A stretch of DNA of 63,667 nucleotides, filler included, from Octopus bimaculoides (lineage: Eukaryota), in the NCBI RefSeq assembly GCF_001194135.2. It is 4 parts of 4 records of this genome, joined end to end, with 100 filler letters (N's around TTAATTAATTAA, not from the genome) between each part and the next. Parts side by side here need not be neighbours in the genome. Positions count along the whole stretch, not along the records: positions 1 to 23,690 come from NC_068988.1; 3 more parts are not named here. One strand, written 5' to 3'. This document shows, piece by piece, positions 1 to 10,810 of the stretch (position 1 is the first letter of the stretch; each line of letters starts with the position of its first letter). A program made the position numbers and the translations under genes. Under the pieces are notes generated by a model. That model saw only the letters and a list, made by a program, of their open reading frames with translations. It was not told where the DNA came from and did no database searches.

Positions 1-344
1 TATATATATACATATATATATATATACACATTCGTGCATACGTATACATATACCTACACACAGGTGCATATAGAGGCATTATTGTTGTGTATAACATGCA
101 CACACATATACATACATAAGTATGAACGTACGTAGGTATGTATATATATGTATGTATGTATATATGTATGTATGTATGTATATATGTATGTATGTATATA
201 TGTATGCATGCATGCATGTATGTATGTGTAAATGAAGACTTTCTGTGCTTGTATCTGAATAAACCAAAGAACTATTCCTTCATTTGTTCTGCCTAACCTT
301 ATTTTCGTTGGTAATAAACTGGTCTCTACACTACGAAGTATTAC

Positions 345-355
345 TGCTGCTGCTG

Positions 356-405
<50 letters not shown>

Positions 406-430
406 GCTGTTGCTGCTGCTGCTGCTGCCG

Positions 431-483
<53 letters not shown>
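345..483. repeat. (CTA)n/(CTG)n trinucleotide microsatellite
   Basis: Uninterrupted cta/ctg runs; explains the poly-L and poly-S ORFs at 284-571. Confidence 0.97.
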
Positions 484-484
<1 letters not shown>

Positions 485-569
485 TGTATATACATGTATT
501 TGTGTATACTAAAACACAAAATCCTGTTAGCTGTCTGCATGCATATACACAAATATATTGAGAGCACCT

Positions 570-850
570 GACTTAGTGTTTAGGGTGTTGCACTCACGAT
601 CTAGCGATCGTGATTTCAATTCCTAGTCCGGATGATGCATTGTGTTCTTAAGCGAAACACTTCATCGCAGATTGTCCTGCGATCACTTCGATACCTGACG
701 CGTGGCACACCGTGAACTTGTTCAGAGAACGTCGATTTGGTTGGAGAGAGAGTGAGCTAATGTGCGGCACGAACGTTCGATCACTATAAAAATAAATCAT
801 TTGTGCAGGTCATTCGGCAAAAGGTGAACGCTCATTCGTCGTCTTCGACG
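570..850 (+). mobile_element. tRNA-headed SINE (family G), diverged
   Basis: A-box-like gacttagtgtttaggg, cacgatc/gatcgtg stem and B-box-like gatttcaattcc, then gcattgtgttcttaagcgaaacactt, which resembles the segment after the heads at 39493-39810 and 53389-53715. Confidence 0.7.
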
Positions 851-944
851 AGAGTCCCTCGTGCATACATACATGCATGCATACATACATACATGCATAC
901 ATACATACATACATACATACATGCATACATGCATACATACATAC

Positions 945-1135
945 ATATATTGATAGAAATGGCAAGACAACAAAAGAATGAAAGAGACATCGATATTGTT
1001 TAAATAGAGGAATTTATCTGTAAATATAATGCATCTTTTCGATGGCTCGATAACTGAAGAAATGCCGGCGGGGGTTTCCGTCCCAACATCCGAAACTCGG
1101 AGTTTTATCTTGGCTACCGAATAATTGTCACATAT
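945..1135 (+). mobile_element. Probable Penelope-like element 3' end carrying a hammerhead-like motif
   Basis: Non-microsatellite island between two (CATA)n tracts that contains the motif at 1049-1109; hammerheads are an established feature of Penelope-like terminal repeats. Confidence 0.45.
1049..1109 (+). ncRNA. Type I hammerhead ribozyme-like motif (CUGAAGA core, GUU triplet)
   Basis: gataa-CTGAAGA-imperfect stem II (ggcgg/ccgtc and atg/cat)-GAAA-ctc g gagt-T-ttatc; stem I is gataa/ttatc (5 bp) and stem III is ACTC/GAGT. Confidence 0.55.
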
Positions 1136-2398
1136 TGTATTTACAGATATATACATACATACATATATACATACATACATATATATNNNNNNNNNNNNNN
1201 NNNNNNNNNNNNNNNNNNNNNNNNNNNNNNNNNNNNNNNNNNNNNNNNNNNNNNNNNNNNNNNNNNNNNNNNNNNNNNNNNNNNNNNNNNNNNNNNNNNN
1301 NNNNNNNNNNNNNNNNNNNNNNNNNNNNNNNNNNNNNNNNNNNNNNNNNNNNNNNNNNNNNNNNNNNNNNNNNNNNNNNNNNNNNNNNNNNNNNNNNNNN
1401 NNNNNNNNNNNNNNNNNNNNNNNNNNNNNNNNNNNNNNNNNNNNNNNNNNNNNNNNNNNNNNNNNNNNNNNNNNNNNNNNNNNNNNNNNNNNNNNNNNNN
1501 NNNNNNNNNNNNNNNNNNNNNNNNNNNNNNNNNNNNNNNNNNNNNNNNNNNNNNNNNNNNNNNNNNNNNNNNNNNNNNNNNNNNNNNNNNNNNNNNNNNN
1601 NNNNNNNNNNNNNNNNNNNNNNNNNNNNNNNNNNNNNNNNNNNNNNNNNNNNNNNNNNNNNNNNNNNNNNNNNNNACACACACACACACACACACACATC
1701 AGGAAATGAAGAGAATAGAAAAAATTAACGTACAGACGTTATTCATTTAAAGACATTCCAATTATTGTAAAGAAATTTCTGCCTACAGCCGTTTCTACAC
1801 CTAATTAATTCAATTACAGAAATAAAATTCAAATTCTTATATTTGAATCCAGTCAATTGGGTATTTGTTCTGGGAGAATTTCCAAAATGAAGTTTACATT
1901 ACGACGTATAGGCTAACCTACGACAAACTCAGATGTGTGCGTTTTCTTGAATGAGAACGTTCCTTAGAAAGCCGTTATTACCATATATGTCTAAATAAAC
2001 ACATTCAACATATTTGTGCTTGTGCAAATATGATGCACAATAGTTCATTGATTGCGTAATGGCTGCTAAGAAAACATAGATACTACAAAGAGAAAGAGAA
2101 AGAGAGATGAAAACTGGTGAGCGGTAGGGGAAGGTTATGGATAAAGCGTGACGGTGTGGGCAGTTTCACATATCAAATAGTTGAGCCTGTTATCAATACT
2201 GAAGATTATTAAAATATATTATATCAAATTCCATAATTCCATCTAAAATTGTTACGTCATCAATATTTGCGTAAATACTCATTACGTAAACACAAGCATA
2301 ACCTACATATTACTATATGTAGAAAGTTTATATAACAAGCAAGTACACTAGAACTGTCATTACCTCAAGACAATACGTTATATCTCAAGCCCCGTTCA

Positions 2399-2451
<53 letters not shown>

Positions 2452-3355
2452 CATATATATATAAACAGTTGATACATTAAGTAAGCATGCATAAAGGACA
2501 CAAATAAATGCATATATCTGTAATGAGATTGCAAATGGCCGCATAGCTGCAAAATTCAGCACTAAAACATCACTGACGTACGACAGCATTTACAGAATAA
2601 AGAAAGCTCTCACAAACTGCATAGGATGGAACATTTTGTAAAAAAATTTCTTTATGAAAGGCTACGAGATCTAGGACTTGAACTCAAGACGTAATGATCG
2701 AAGACAATAACCACTAGAGCACGCATATTCAGGAGAGATATCTATTTCCTAGGATTATAATGCACCAATTTACTCAACATTCGTATATTAAATTAGCTCA
2801 CATTGAATTCGCCCCACCTTTCATGTCAGCGAATTCTTGCAAAATTGCCTCTGATTATTTCATTACGGTCTACACCAGATAATTTATTTAATAAAAAATA
2901 TAATATAAATAATGATATTAAAAAAATGCCTAAGCGATTAACATTCTTCTGCATCTTCAAAATAATTTTAGGATTCTTTGAAGACGTTTTATAATCGAAT
3001 AAAGTGCTAATTGCTTCCCAAAAGAAATTAGTGTAACACTGCCGTTTCGTTAGTACTATTTATTAATTAATTTTCAAAGACAGGAATGAGATTATGGATA
3101 GTAGGGGCAGACATTTATTTTTGTCGTATCATTTAACAGAATGTAGAATTTACATCTTAATAAGACACACACACATACACACATTTGCCCGCGGATTAAA
3201 TGAAGTATTCACATTCCTTTAAACAAAACGCATTTGGAGAGGGTGTACTCATTGGTGTGTTAGAGAAACAGATATATATATATATATATATACATATTAC
3301 GGAGATGTACTTGCATAGCAAGTAACCTGATCTGAGATCGTGTGCTGGAACGAAC

Positions 3356-3630
3356 ACAATTGCAGCGTGGAAGGTGTTTATAAGCCATTTAAAATAACAC
3401 ACAAAATCCGTAAGATTCACTTCAACATTTAAATTTAATTTGTCAAAATATTTTCGTCGCTTTGAGACCGCGACCTGTTCACTGACAAAGTTCTGTGCTG
3501 TCAGTGAACAGGTTGCGGTCTCAAAGCATCGAAAATATTTTGACAAATTAAATTTAAATGTTGAAGTGAATCTTACGGATTTTGTGTGTTATTTTAAATG
3601 GCTTATAAACACCTTCCACGCTGCAATTGT
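3356..3630. repeat. 275-bp near-perfect foldback (132-bp arms, 11-nt loop)
   Basis: 3356-3487 is the reverse complement of 3499-3630, with 3 mismatches found by eye. Confidence 0.95.
3439..3489 (-). ncRNA. Minimal type I hammerhead-like motif, G3-C8 core variant
   Basis: Minus strand reads tttgtca-GTGAACA-g-gtcgc-ggtctcaaa-gcgac-GAAA-a-ta-t-T-T-tgacaaa: 7-bp stem I, 5-bp stem II, palindromic AATATT stem III. Confidence 0.5.
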
Positions 3631-3676
3631 ATATATACATATATTTATATATATATATTTCATTTTTGCCTTCTGT

Positions 3677-3907
3677 AAGGTGAGCTGGCAGAAATGTTAG
3701 CACGCCGGGCGAAATGCTAAGCGGTATTTCGTCTGCCATTACGTTCTGAGTTCAAATTCCGCCGAGGTCGACTTTGCCTTTCATCCTTTCGGGATCGATA
3801 AATTAAGTACCAGTTACGCACTGGGGTCGATGTAATCGACTTAATCCCTTTGTCTGTCCTTGTTTGACCCCTCTATGTTTAGCCCCTTGTGGGCAATAAA
3901 GAAATTA
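3677..3907 (+). mobile_element. SINE family A, subfamily A1 (tail taatccctttgtctgtcc...aataaagaaat)
   Basis: A-box gctggcagaa, B-box gagttcaaattcc and central gcctttcatcctttcggg-gtcgataaattaagtaccag shared with about 20 copies in the window. Confidence 0.92.
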
Positions 3908-4110
3908 GAAACGTTAGCACGCCGGGCGAAATGCTTAGCGATATTTCGTCTGCTGTTATGTTCTGAGTCCAAATTTCCCTGAGGTCGACTTTGCCTTTCA
4001 TCCTTTCGGGGTCGATAGATCAAGTACCAGTTGCGTACTGAGGTCGATCTAATTGACTGCCCCAGCACCCTCAAAATGTTCCGAGCCTTATGCCTGTAGT
4101 AGAAAAAAAT
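3908..4110 (+). mobile_element. SINE family A, subfamily A2 (tail gggccttgtgcctagagtagaaa), directly abutting A1
   Basis: Same body as A1, starting at gaaacgttagcac, with the alternative tail. Confidence 0.88.
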
Positions 4111-4949
4111 ATTGTACCTTCTGTTTTAGCACTGCACCGTTGTAATTTTTAAGATTATCTCTACAGATTTTCAATAGAATTCAGAGTCAATACTGAAAAC
4201 GACGTTTCGTTTACATAAACAATGCAATCGAATACAGAAAAAATAGGTAATAGGTGTTATTGCGCTTTCATGAGCACTACATGTAATATGTAAATTAGTC
4301 TATTCAATATTGTTACACCGATAATTTTAGTGGCTATTATTATTATGCCATTTTACTCGTGGAGACGAGCACAAGAGCCGATGGACAGGAAATTCTATCA
4401 AAGGACTTGTAAAATATTTTTGCCAGATGCCTGAAGCTATCAATTCCTAGAAATTCGCCCTCTTCCGTAATTTTTGAAATACTTGGACGTGATGTCTCCT
4501 GAAGTCTCTTCTTTTATTTTTTTCACATACATTCTGTTTGAAAGCCGCCTTGCTCACGTTCCTAATAATCTATGATCGAAAGCATTCACGAAGTGATGAT
4601 CGACATTTTAAAAGTGATAGCTTATTCAAGATCATACAATTTTAAGACCGCAAGGTCATTTTAAGGGGATTTCTCTTCTGATGACGATCGTTGTTTCATC
4701 CACCATCCACATGTGACTTCAGAAGTTCTCCATTTCTTGCCTGTAAACGTTTCACCCATTTCTTGTTAAAATGTTTTGATCAGGAGATGAGCTGATTTTT
4801 TTTCTTTTGCACTCGAAAAAGTCAGCGAGTTATTTAACTTCAAAGGTATATGTGTGTGTATGTGTGTGTGTGTGTGGGGGGGGGTGACTGTGTTACTTTG
4901 TATTTCTCAACAAATTGTCGCTCAACTCTTTCATTAGTAATAACTTCGT

Positions 4950-5561
4950 GGATCTTTTTTAAAACGGGGGCCACATTTTTCATTAATGTTTTACGTAGTG
5001 CTTTTGGTACCGAAAGACTTTCAAACTTCGTATACTTATCTATTTTGTGTTATAGAACAGAAAAATATTTTTGTATTCGAATTTATTTCATGTAAAAAAT
5101 TGTCTTATTTCGATAATTTCAACCAATCACTGANNNNNNNNNNNNNNNNNNNNNNNNNNNNNNNNNNNNNNNNNNNNNNNNNNNNNNNNNNAGTGCCGAC
5201 TACATAAACAAACGATTCTTCGTTTTATTTGCTTTTTTCATTTTAAATTTGCTTTAACCCTAACCCTAACCCTAACCCTAGGGTTAGGGTTAGAGTTAGA
5301 GTTAGGGTTAGGGTTAGGGTTAATTGTTTCAGAATCGTTTGTTTATGTAGTCGGCACTTAATGTATATCGGCTGAATGGACGTCAGTGATTGGTTGAAAT
5401 TACAGAAATACGACAACTTTAACATGGAATAATTTATGGATTTCTTTTTTTTTTAAGAAGACTAAGAGAAAAAGATGTTTTATATGACACATTCTACCAG
5501 TGATCCAAGTTTCAAAGTGTTTCGTTAATGAAAAATGTGGCCCCCGTTTTAAAAAAGATCC
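4950..5561. mobile_element. Non-autonomous foldback DNA transposon with 8-bp TSD
   Basis: Perfect 37-bp terminal inverted repeat ggatcttttttaaaacgggggccacatttttcattaa, further internal inverted similarity, and TSD aacttcgt at 4942-4949 and 5562-5569. Confidence 0.9.
5255..5322. repeat. Inverted telomere-like repeats (TAACCC)n-(GGGTTA)n at the centre of the foldback element
   Basis: About 4 taaccc units, then about 7 gggtta/gagtta units, meeting at ccctaggg. Confidence 0.95.
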
Positions 5562-6482
5562 AACTTCGTTAGTAAAGTTTCATTTTTATTAAGCATTAGA
5601 GATGTTTACGTTTCTATTTATTTGAATATCTGATTTTTCCTCGAAATTCTGTGTAAATGGATTCTCTTTGTTCCTGAATTAATACTGCGGTTATATTTAC
5701 ATTCCTCGGTGACTATGACAACTGTTGCAGCCGTCACTTGCTGTATCTTGTTTCCAGAATGTCGATAATATCCCATAGCATTCGCTAGATTCATTCTTCT
5801 TATTCTCATTCTGTTTCATCTCTGCAAAAGTATTTATTCCTTTTTGTAAGAGATAAATCTATTATCTTTAATTGTTTCATTATTTTTTCCATTATTTATG
5901 CTTCATACACAGCTGTACATTTATTCTTATATTCTTGTTGATATTATGCTTCCCTATTTTTGCGGTTTGTCACTGTTCGTTTTATCTCTGACTATTCTAT
6001 AGCTATGCTATGATTCGTTGTTTTTTTGTTGTGATTTAGATTTTCATTTGTCAGGAACACTTTTCTTATCCGTGTTTTTTCTTTTGTTTATATTTCGAAG
6101 CTTTTCATTTCTACTACACATTGTCTTGCCTTTGGTGTTTTTTGCTACTTGTGTTTTCAACTTATATCTTATTTTTAACTCTTTATCCTTATATTTGATA
6201 TTTTCCTTTCCGTTTTACGCGTCTATCATGTAAAGCTAAATGTTATCTTAGCATCGAAGTTTGACTTTTTAAAGAAGGCGATATATTCTTCACCACACGG
6301 AAGCTAAAGCGTAATTCGTAGAAAACCGTCTTTTGAAGTTACTGTAAAATATACAATATTGAACTCATGTTTCTGTTTTATTTCAGACTCTTCATATTAA
6401 CTTGGTACTTTGCCTAGAGTTAGCTGATTATTCTCCGCCAGTAGTCTATTCGTTGTGTTATCCTCTGTTTTCCGAATACTTT

Positions 6483-6575
6483 TTCCGCCGAGGTCGACTT
6501 TGACTTTCATCCTTTCGAGGTCGATAAATTAAGTACCAGTTGCGTACTGAGGTCGGTCTAATCGACTGGCCCACT
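6483..6575 (+). mobile_element. SINE family A internal fragment
   Basis: ccgccgaggtcgactttg...gtcgataaattaagtaccag. Confidence 0.85.
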
Positions 6576-6589
6576 CACACACACACAAA

Positions 6590-6695
6590 TATATGACGGT
6601 TTTTCAGTTTCCATCAGCCAAATCTACTCACAAGGCTTTGATCGTCCGAAACTATAGTAGACACTTGCTCAAGCTGCCAGCAGTGGGACTGAATC
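6590..6695 (-). mobile_element. SINE family B fragment (CORE-like segment)
   Basis: Reverse complement matches ttgggcaagtgtct...ccttgtgagtggatttgg...ggaaactgaaa of the copy at 46966. Confidence 0.75.
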
Positions 6696-6991
6696 CTACT
6701 CTAGGCACAAGGCCCGAAATTTTTAGGGAAGGGGCGAGTCAGCGTGCTAACGTTTCTTATTTCTTTACTGCCCACAAGGGGCTACACACAAAGGGGACAA
6801 ACAAGAACAGACAAACGGATTAAGTCGATTATATATCGACCCCAGTGCGTAACTAGTACTTATTTAATCGACCCCGAGAGGATGAAAGGCAAAGTTGACC
6901 TCGGTGGAATTTGAACTCAGAACGTAGCGGCAGACAAAATACCCGGTAAGCATTTCGCCGGGCGTGCTAACGTTTCTGCCAGCTTGCCGCC
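6696..6991 (-). mobile_element. SINE A1 (6757-6991) abutting a deleted A2 copy (6696-6756)
   Basis: Full A1 on the minus strand; its tail is followed by gaaacgttagcacgc and then an A2 tail. Confidence 0.88.
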
Positions 6992-7169
6992 TTAATTATA
7001 TTATGAATACTATGAACAGAATATTTTATTTGCCAACGTAATTTGAATTTACTCATGAATGTACTTGATGTTCTAACAGAAGCAAACATCATTGTAAAAT
7101 TATTTTCTATCATAAGATTTGATAACGAATACATCGTCTCTGTGAATGCTACGTTGACAAAGTAATATG

Positions 7170-7236
<67 letters not shown>

Positions 7237-7550
7237 CTTTTTACAGGGTTGATTTACATTTTTATTAAATTGAAGTTTGTTTTTTGTTAGCAGTGATTGG
7301 TATTTAACAAATATTAATTATTTATTTATTACACTCGGAGATTATAACGTATTGGTTTACTTTAGAATTAGATAATTGGATTAGATGGGATGGTCGTTTG
7401 CTTTTTCTATCGATTAACTACTATCAGAACGAATATAATTTGCCGTTTAATGACGTCCTTGTTAATCTGTAATTAATGGATATATATTATTTATTCATGA
7501 TGTCACAAATATTTTTAAAAAGTAATTATCAAAGCACAAGAAATTGCTGT

Positions 7551-8440
7551 GTAGGCGCAGACATAGCTGTATAATTAGGAAGCTCGGAGGCGGTGAGATG
7601 GCGGAATCGTTAGCACACCGGGCGAAATGTTTAGCGTATTTCGCCCGTCACTACGTTCTGAGTTCAAATTCCGCTGAGGTTGACTTTGCCTTTCATCCTT
7701 TTGGGGGTCGATGAAATGAGCACCAGTTAAACACTGGGGTCGATGTAATCGACTTATCCCCTCCCATGAAAATTCGGGCCTTGTGCCTATAGTGAAAAAA
7801 TAAAAAAATGATTAGAAAACACGCTTTACAAACGCTTGCTTTTGGGTTCCGTCCCACTGCGTTGCACCTTGGACAAGTTTCTTTTCTCCCTCCGACCAAT
7901 GACTTGTGAATTAATTTTGTAGACGGAAACTCTGTAGAAACTCATCCTGTATACACACACATACACAATCACACAGACACACGTATATATATATATATAT
8001 ATATATATNNNNNNNNNNNNNNNNNNNNNNNNNNNNNNNNNNNNNNNNNNNNNNNNNNNNNNNNNNNNNNNNNNNNNNNNNNNNNNNNNNNNNNNNNNNN
8101 NNNNNNNNNNNNNNNNNNNNNNNNNNNNNNNNNNNNNNNNNNNNNNNNNNNNNNNNNNNNNNNNNNNNNNNNNNNNNNNNNNNNNNNNNNNNNNNNNNNN
8201 NNNNNNNNNNNNNNNNNNNNGTGTGTGTGTGTGTGTGTGTTTGTGTATGCGTATGTTTGTCTTCCACCGCATGACCATTGGTGTTTGTTTACGTCAACGT
8301 TAACTAGTAGTTCGTCAAAAGAGTTCGATAGAATAATTACCAAACTTTAAAAAATAGCTATAAGGGTTGGTTTGTTTCATTAAACCCGTAAAAGCGGTGC
8401 TCCAGTAGGGCCGCAGTCCACTAACTGAAACAAGTAAACG
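7551..8440 (+). mobile_element. SINE family B with internal microsatellite and gap, interrupted by a family A copy (about 7589-7800)
   Basis: B head ggcgcag...gctgt at 7551 resumes after the A copy (gggttccgtcccactgcg...accttggacaag), followed by (TA)n, gap, (GT)n and the B tail ending gcggtgctccag...ctgaaacaagtaaa. Confidence 0.8.
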
Positions 8441-8442
8441 AC

Positions 8443-8500
<58 letters not shown>

Positions 8501-8545
8501 GGCACACTTACATCATGCTCATCTACACACACACACACACAGACA

Positions 8546-8712
8546 TTCACGACAGGCTTCTTTCAGTTTCCGTGTACCATGTCCATTCACAAGACTTTGC
8601 TTGGATCAAGGCTATAGCAGAAAACACTTGCTCAAGGTACCAAAGAATGTGACTGAACTCTGAACCGTATAGTTGAGAAGCAAGCTTCTTACCATACAGC
8701 CACGCCTGCGCC
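8546..8712 (-). mobile_element. SINE family B 5' half
   Basis: Reverse complement begins ggcgcaggcgtggctgtatggtaagaagcttgcttc, as at 46966. Confidence 0.85.
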
Positions 8713-9685
8713 ATTGAATATGATACATAAACAACGATTTAATTATAATGCAGCTTCTGTTGTATATAGCGTATCATTATCCATAATTGTATTATTTAAT
8801 ATGCTCACATGAAATACAATATATCAGGAAATATTTGGTTAATTCCAAGCAAAACTCAAGCATAAACGCAGTTACACACACATACACAAAGTCTCTCTCT
8901 CTCTCTCCTTCACATACACACAGACACATATACGCATACACATGCTCAAAAACTAACACAAGCACACACACTTTTCATTTCAAACTGGTTTTGAGCGACA
9001 ATGCAAGGCTCATTCTATATATGGCACTGTATTTTATGCATTCTGAATACGCACTCACGATTAATGCGTACAGGATAAATAAACCGGCTGAAAAACGCAG
9101 AGAATACGTAGCTGTATAACATCAAATCATGGATTTACTGTATTATGTACCAAATTCTGTGCAGTAAATTTGCATTTTTAGAATGATTTGGAAACTATAC
9201 GACATGTTACATTGAATAATATTTCTAATTTTAATCTATGTAGGAGCTGCCTACCTTGACGGCATGTCAGTGATACACACTTTAAACAATCTATTTCCTG
9301 TTCTTATTTCAAAAAGTGTCTGCCTATAAAGTTTACCATAGGCAGACACAAACACAAAAGCAAGACCCGCACACGAATACATATGCACACTCAATCCAAT
9401 AAATTTATAAATATGTGCAAACACACACATACACACAGAAACTAGTAACGTAAATGGATAAGTGAATATGCGTACTTCTGTGTGTGTGTATGAAAATGTA
9501 TATATGAATATATATATATAGCCAGCTGGAGGAGATGTCCTCCTGGGGCTAAAAGCAACAGTAACATCCACCCCTAGGGGTCAGCCACACTTAAGTGGCA
9601 ATATACTACACTTTATCGTGCAGTTACTGTTAATACTTCATTTAGAGAATTAACATTGCTTATATATATATATATATATATATAC

Positions 9686-9716
<31 letters not shown>

Positions 9717-10564
9717 TGTATGTATGCATGTATGTATGTATGTATGTATGTATGTATGTATGTATGTATGTATAAAAGGTGCACATAGTGTTGTTATCGA
9801 TCTTTTCAAGTTTATTTAATAATATTCTATTTGCATCTAAAATCAAGTCAGTATGAAACAAATTTAGAAAATGGTTGTACATCTTCGCATTTGTAGAATC
9901 GTTCTCTTACGTCGCCTGTAGGCACTTTTAGACCATCAATGAAATTATTATCCTCGTTTCAGTCACCCCCCCCCACAACGCCACAACCAAAAATTCTAAA
10001 TTTAGAATGACTTTTAGCATATTGAACAAAATTATGTCTTTCTAATTAATTATTTGGAAGCTACTTTGTTCATCAGACATTTCTTAAGATGTTTCTTCGA
10101 TTCAGAATTTACGTCTTTCAAGAGTTCCTGTTTGTGATGGCATTCGTTGTTGTCAATGTTGATATTTCGGTATATTTGTTGTATAGCTGCAGGTTATTCC
10201 TGATTGAACAGACCTATGATCAAAGGGCTTTCCACCTTTGGCGATCCTTTGCTTGTTATGTCGAAGACTCTGCGGTACAAAGTATCCCCGTTGTACTTGC
10301 GGATATTGCTGCTGTTGCTGATGCTGCTGTTTATTATTTATCATCGTCGCGGTCATCGACCTACATTTCATCAACATTGAATCAAACACCTAACAACCCA
10401 AAGCAATTTTCGGCAATCCTTCTCTTGTTTTTAAATGGTTTGTACACACTACATAGGTTTCAAATTTGGGCACAAGGCCAGCAATTTCAGGGGAAGTGAT
10501 AAGTTGATTAATTCGACCCTCTGCTCAACTGATATTCAAAGGTCCAACTTTTGGAATTCAAAAG

Positions 10565-10810
10565 TCCAGCCTTGTCACATTCTATGTCACGTGGAATCAC
10601 CCTGAGAACTGCGTTAAGGATATGCATATCCGTGGAGTGCTCAGTTAATCTCACGAGCAAGCTATTCCCTTGATCGGTCAGTTGGAACACTCGTCGAGGT
10701 CGACTTTGCCTTTCATCCTTTCGGAGTCGATAAATTAAGTACCAGTTGGGTACTAGGGTCAATCTACTCGCCCCCCCCCCAATTCGGGTCTTGTGCCTAG
10801 AGTAGAAAAG
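10565..10810 (+). mobile_element. Chimeric SINE fragment: family C body joined to family A 3' half
   Basis: ccagccttgtcaca...ctgagaact...gtggagtgctcag...ctcgtcg runs directly into aggtcgactttgcctttcatcc...gcctagagtagaaa. Confidence 0.75.

Noticed and set aside
284-571. Poly-Leu/poly-Ser ORFs and similar M-, V-, T- or H-rich ORFs elsewhere
   Set aside because: Translations of trinucleotide microsatellites with no flanking coding signal.
797-1728. Long ORFs spanning N runs (also at 7826-8343, 20572-21396, 22240-22780, 24793-25251, 26176-26814, 41505-41894, 42711-43287 and 48063-48542)
   Set aside because: They are open only because N and dinucleotide repeats contain no stop codons.
5255-5322. 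Telomere-telomere fusion site
   Set aside because: The polarity is (CCCTAA)n then (TTAGGG)n, opposite to an end-to-end fusion, and the tract lies inside an element with terminal inverted repeats and a TSD.
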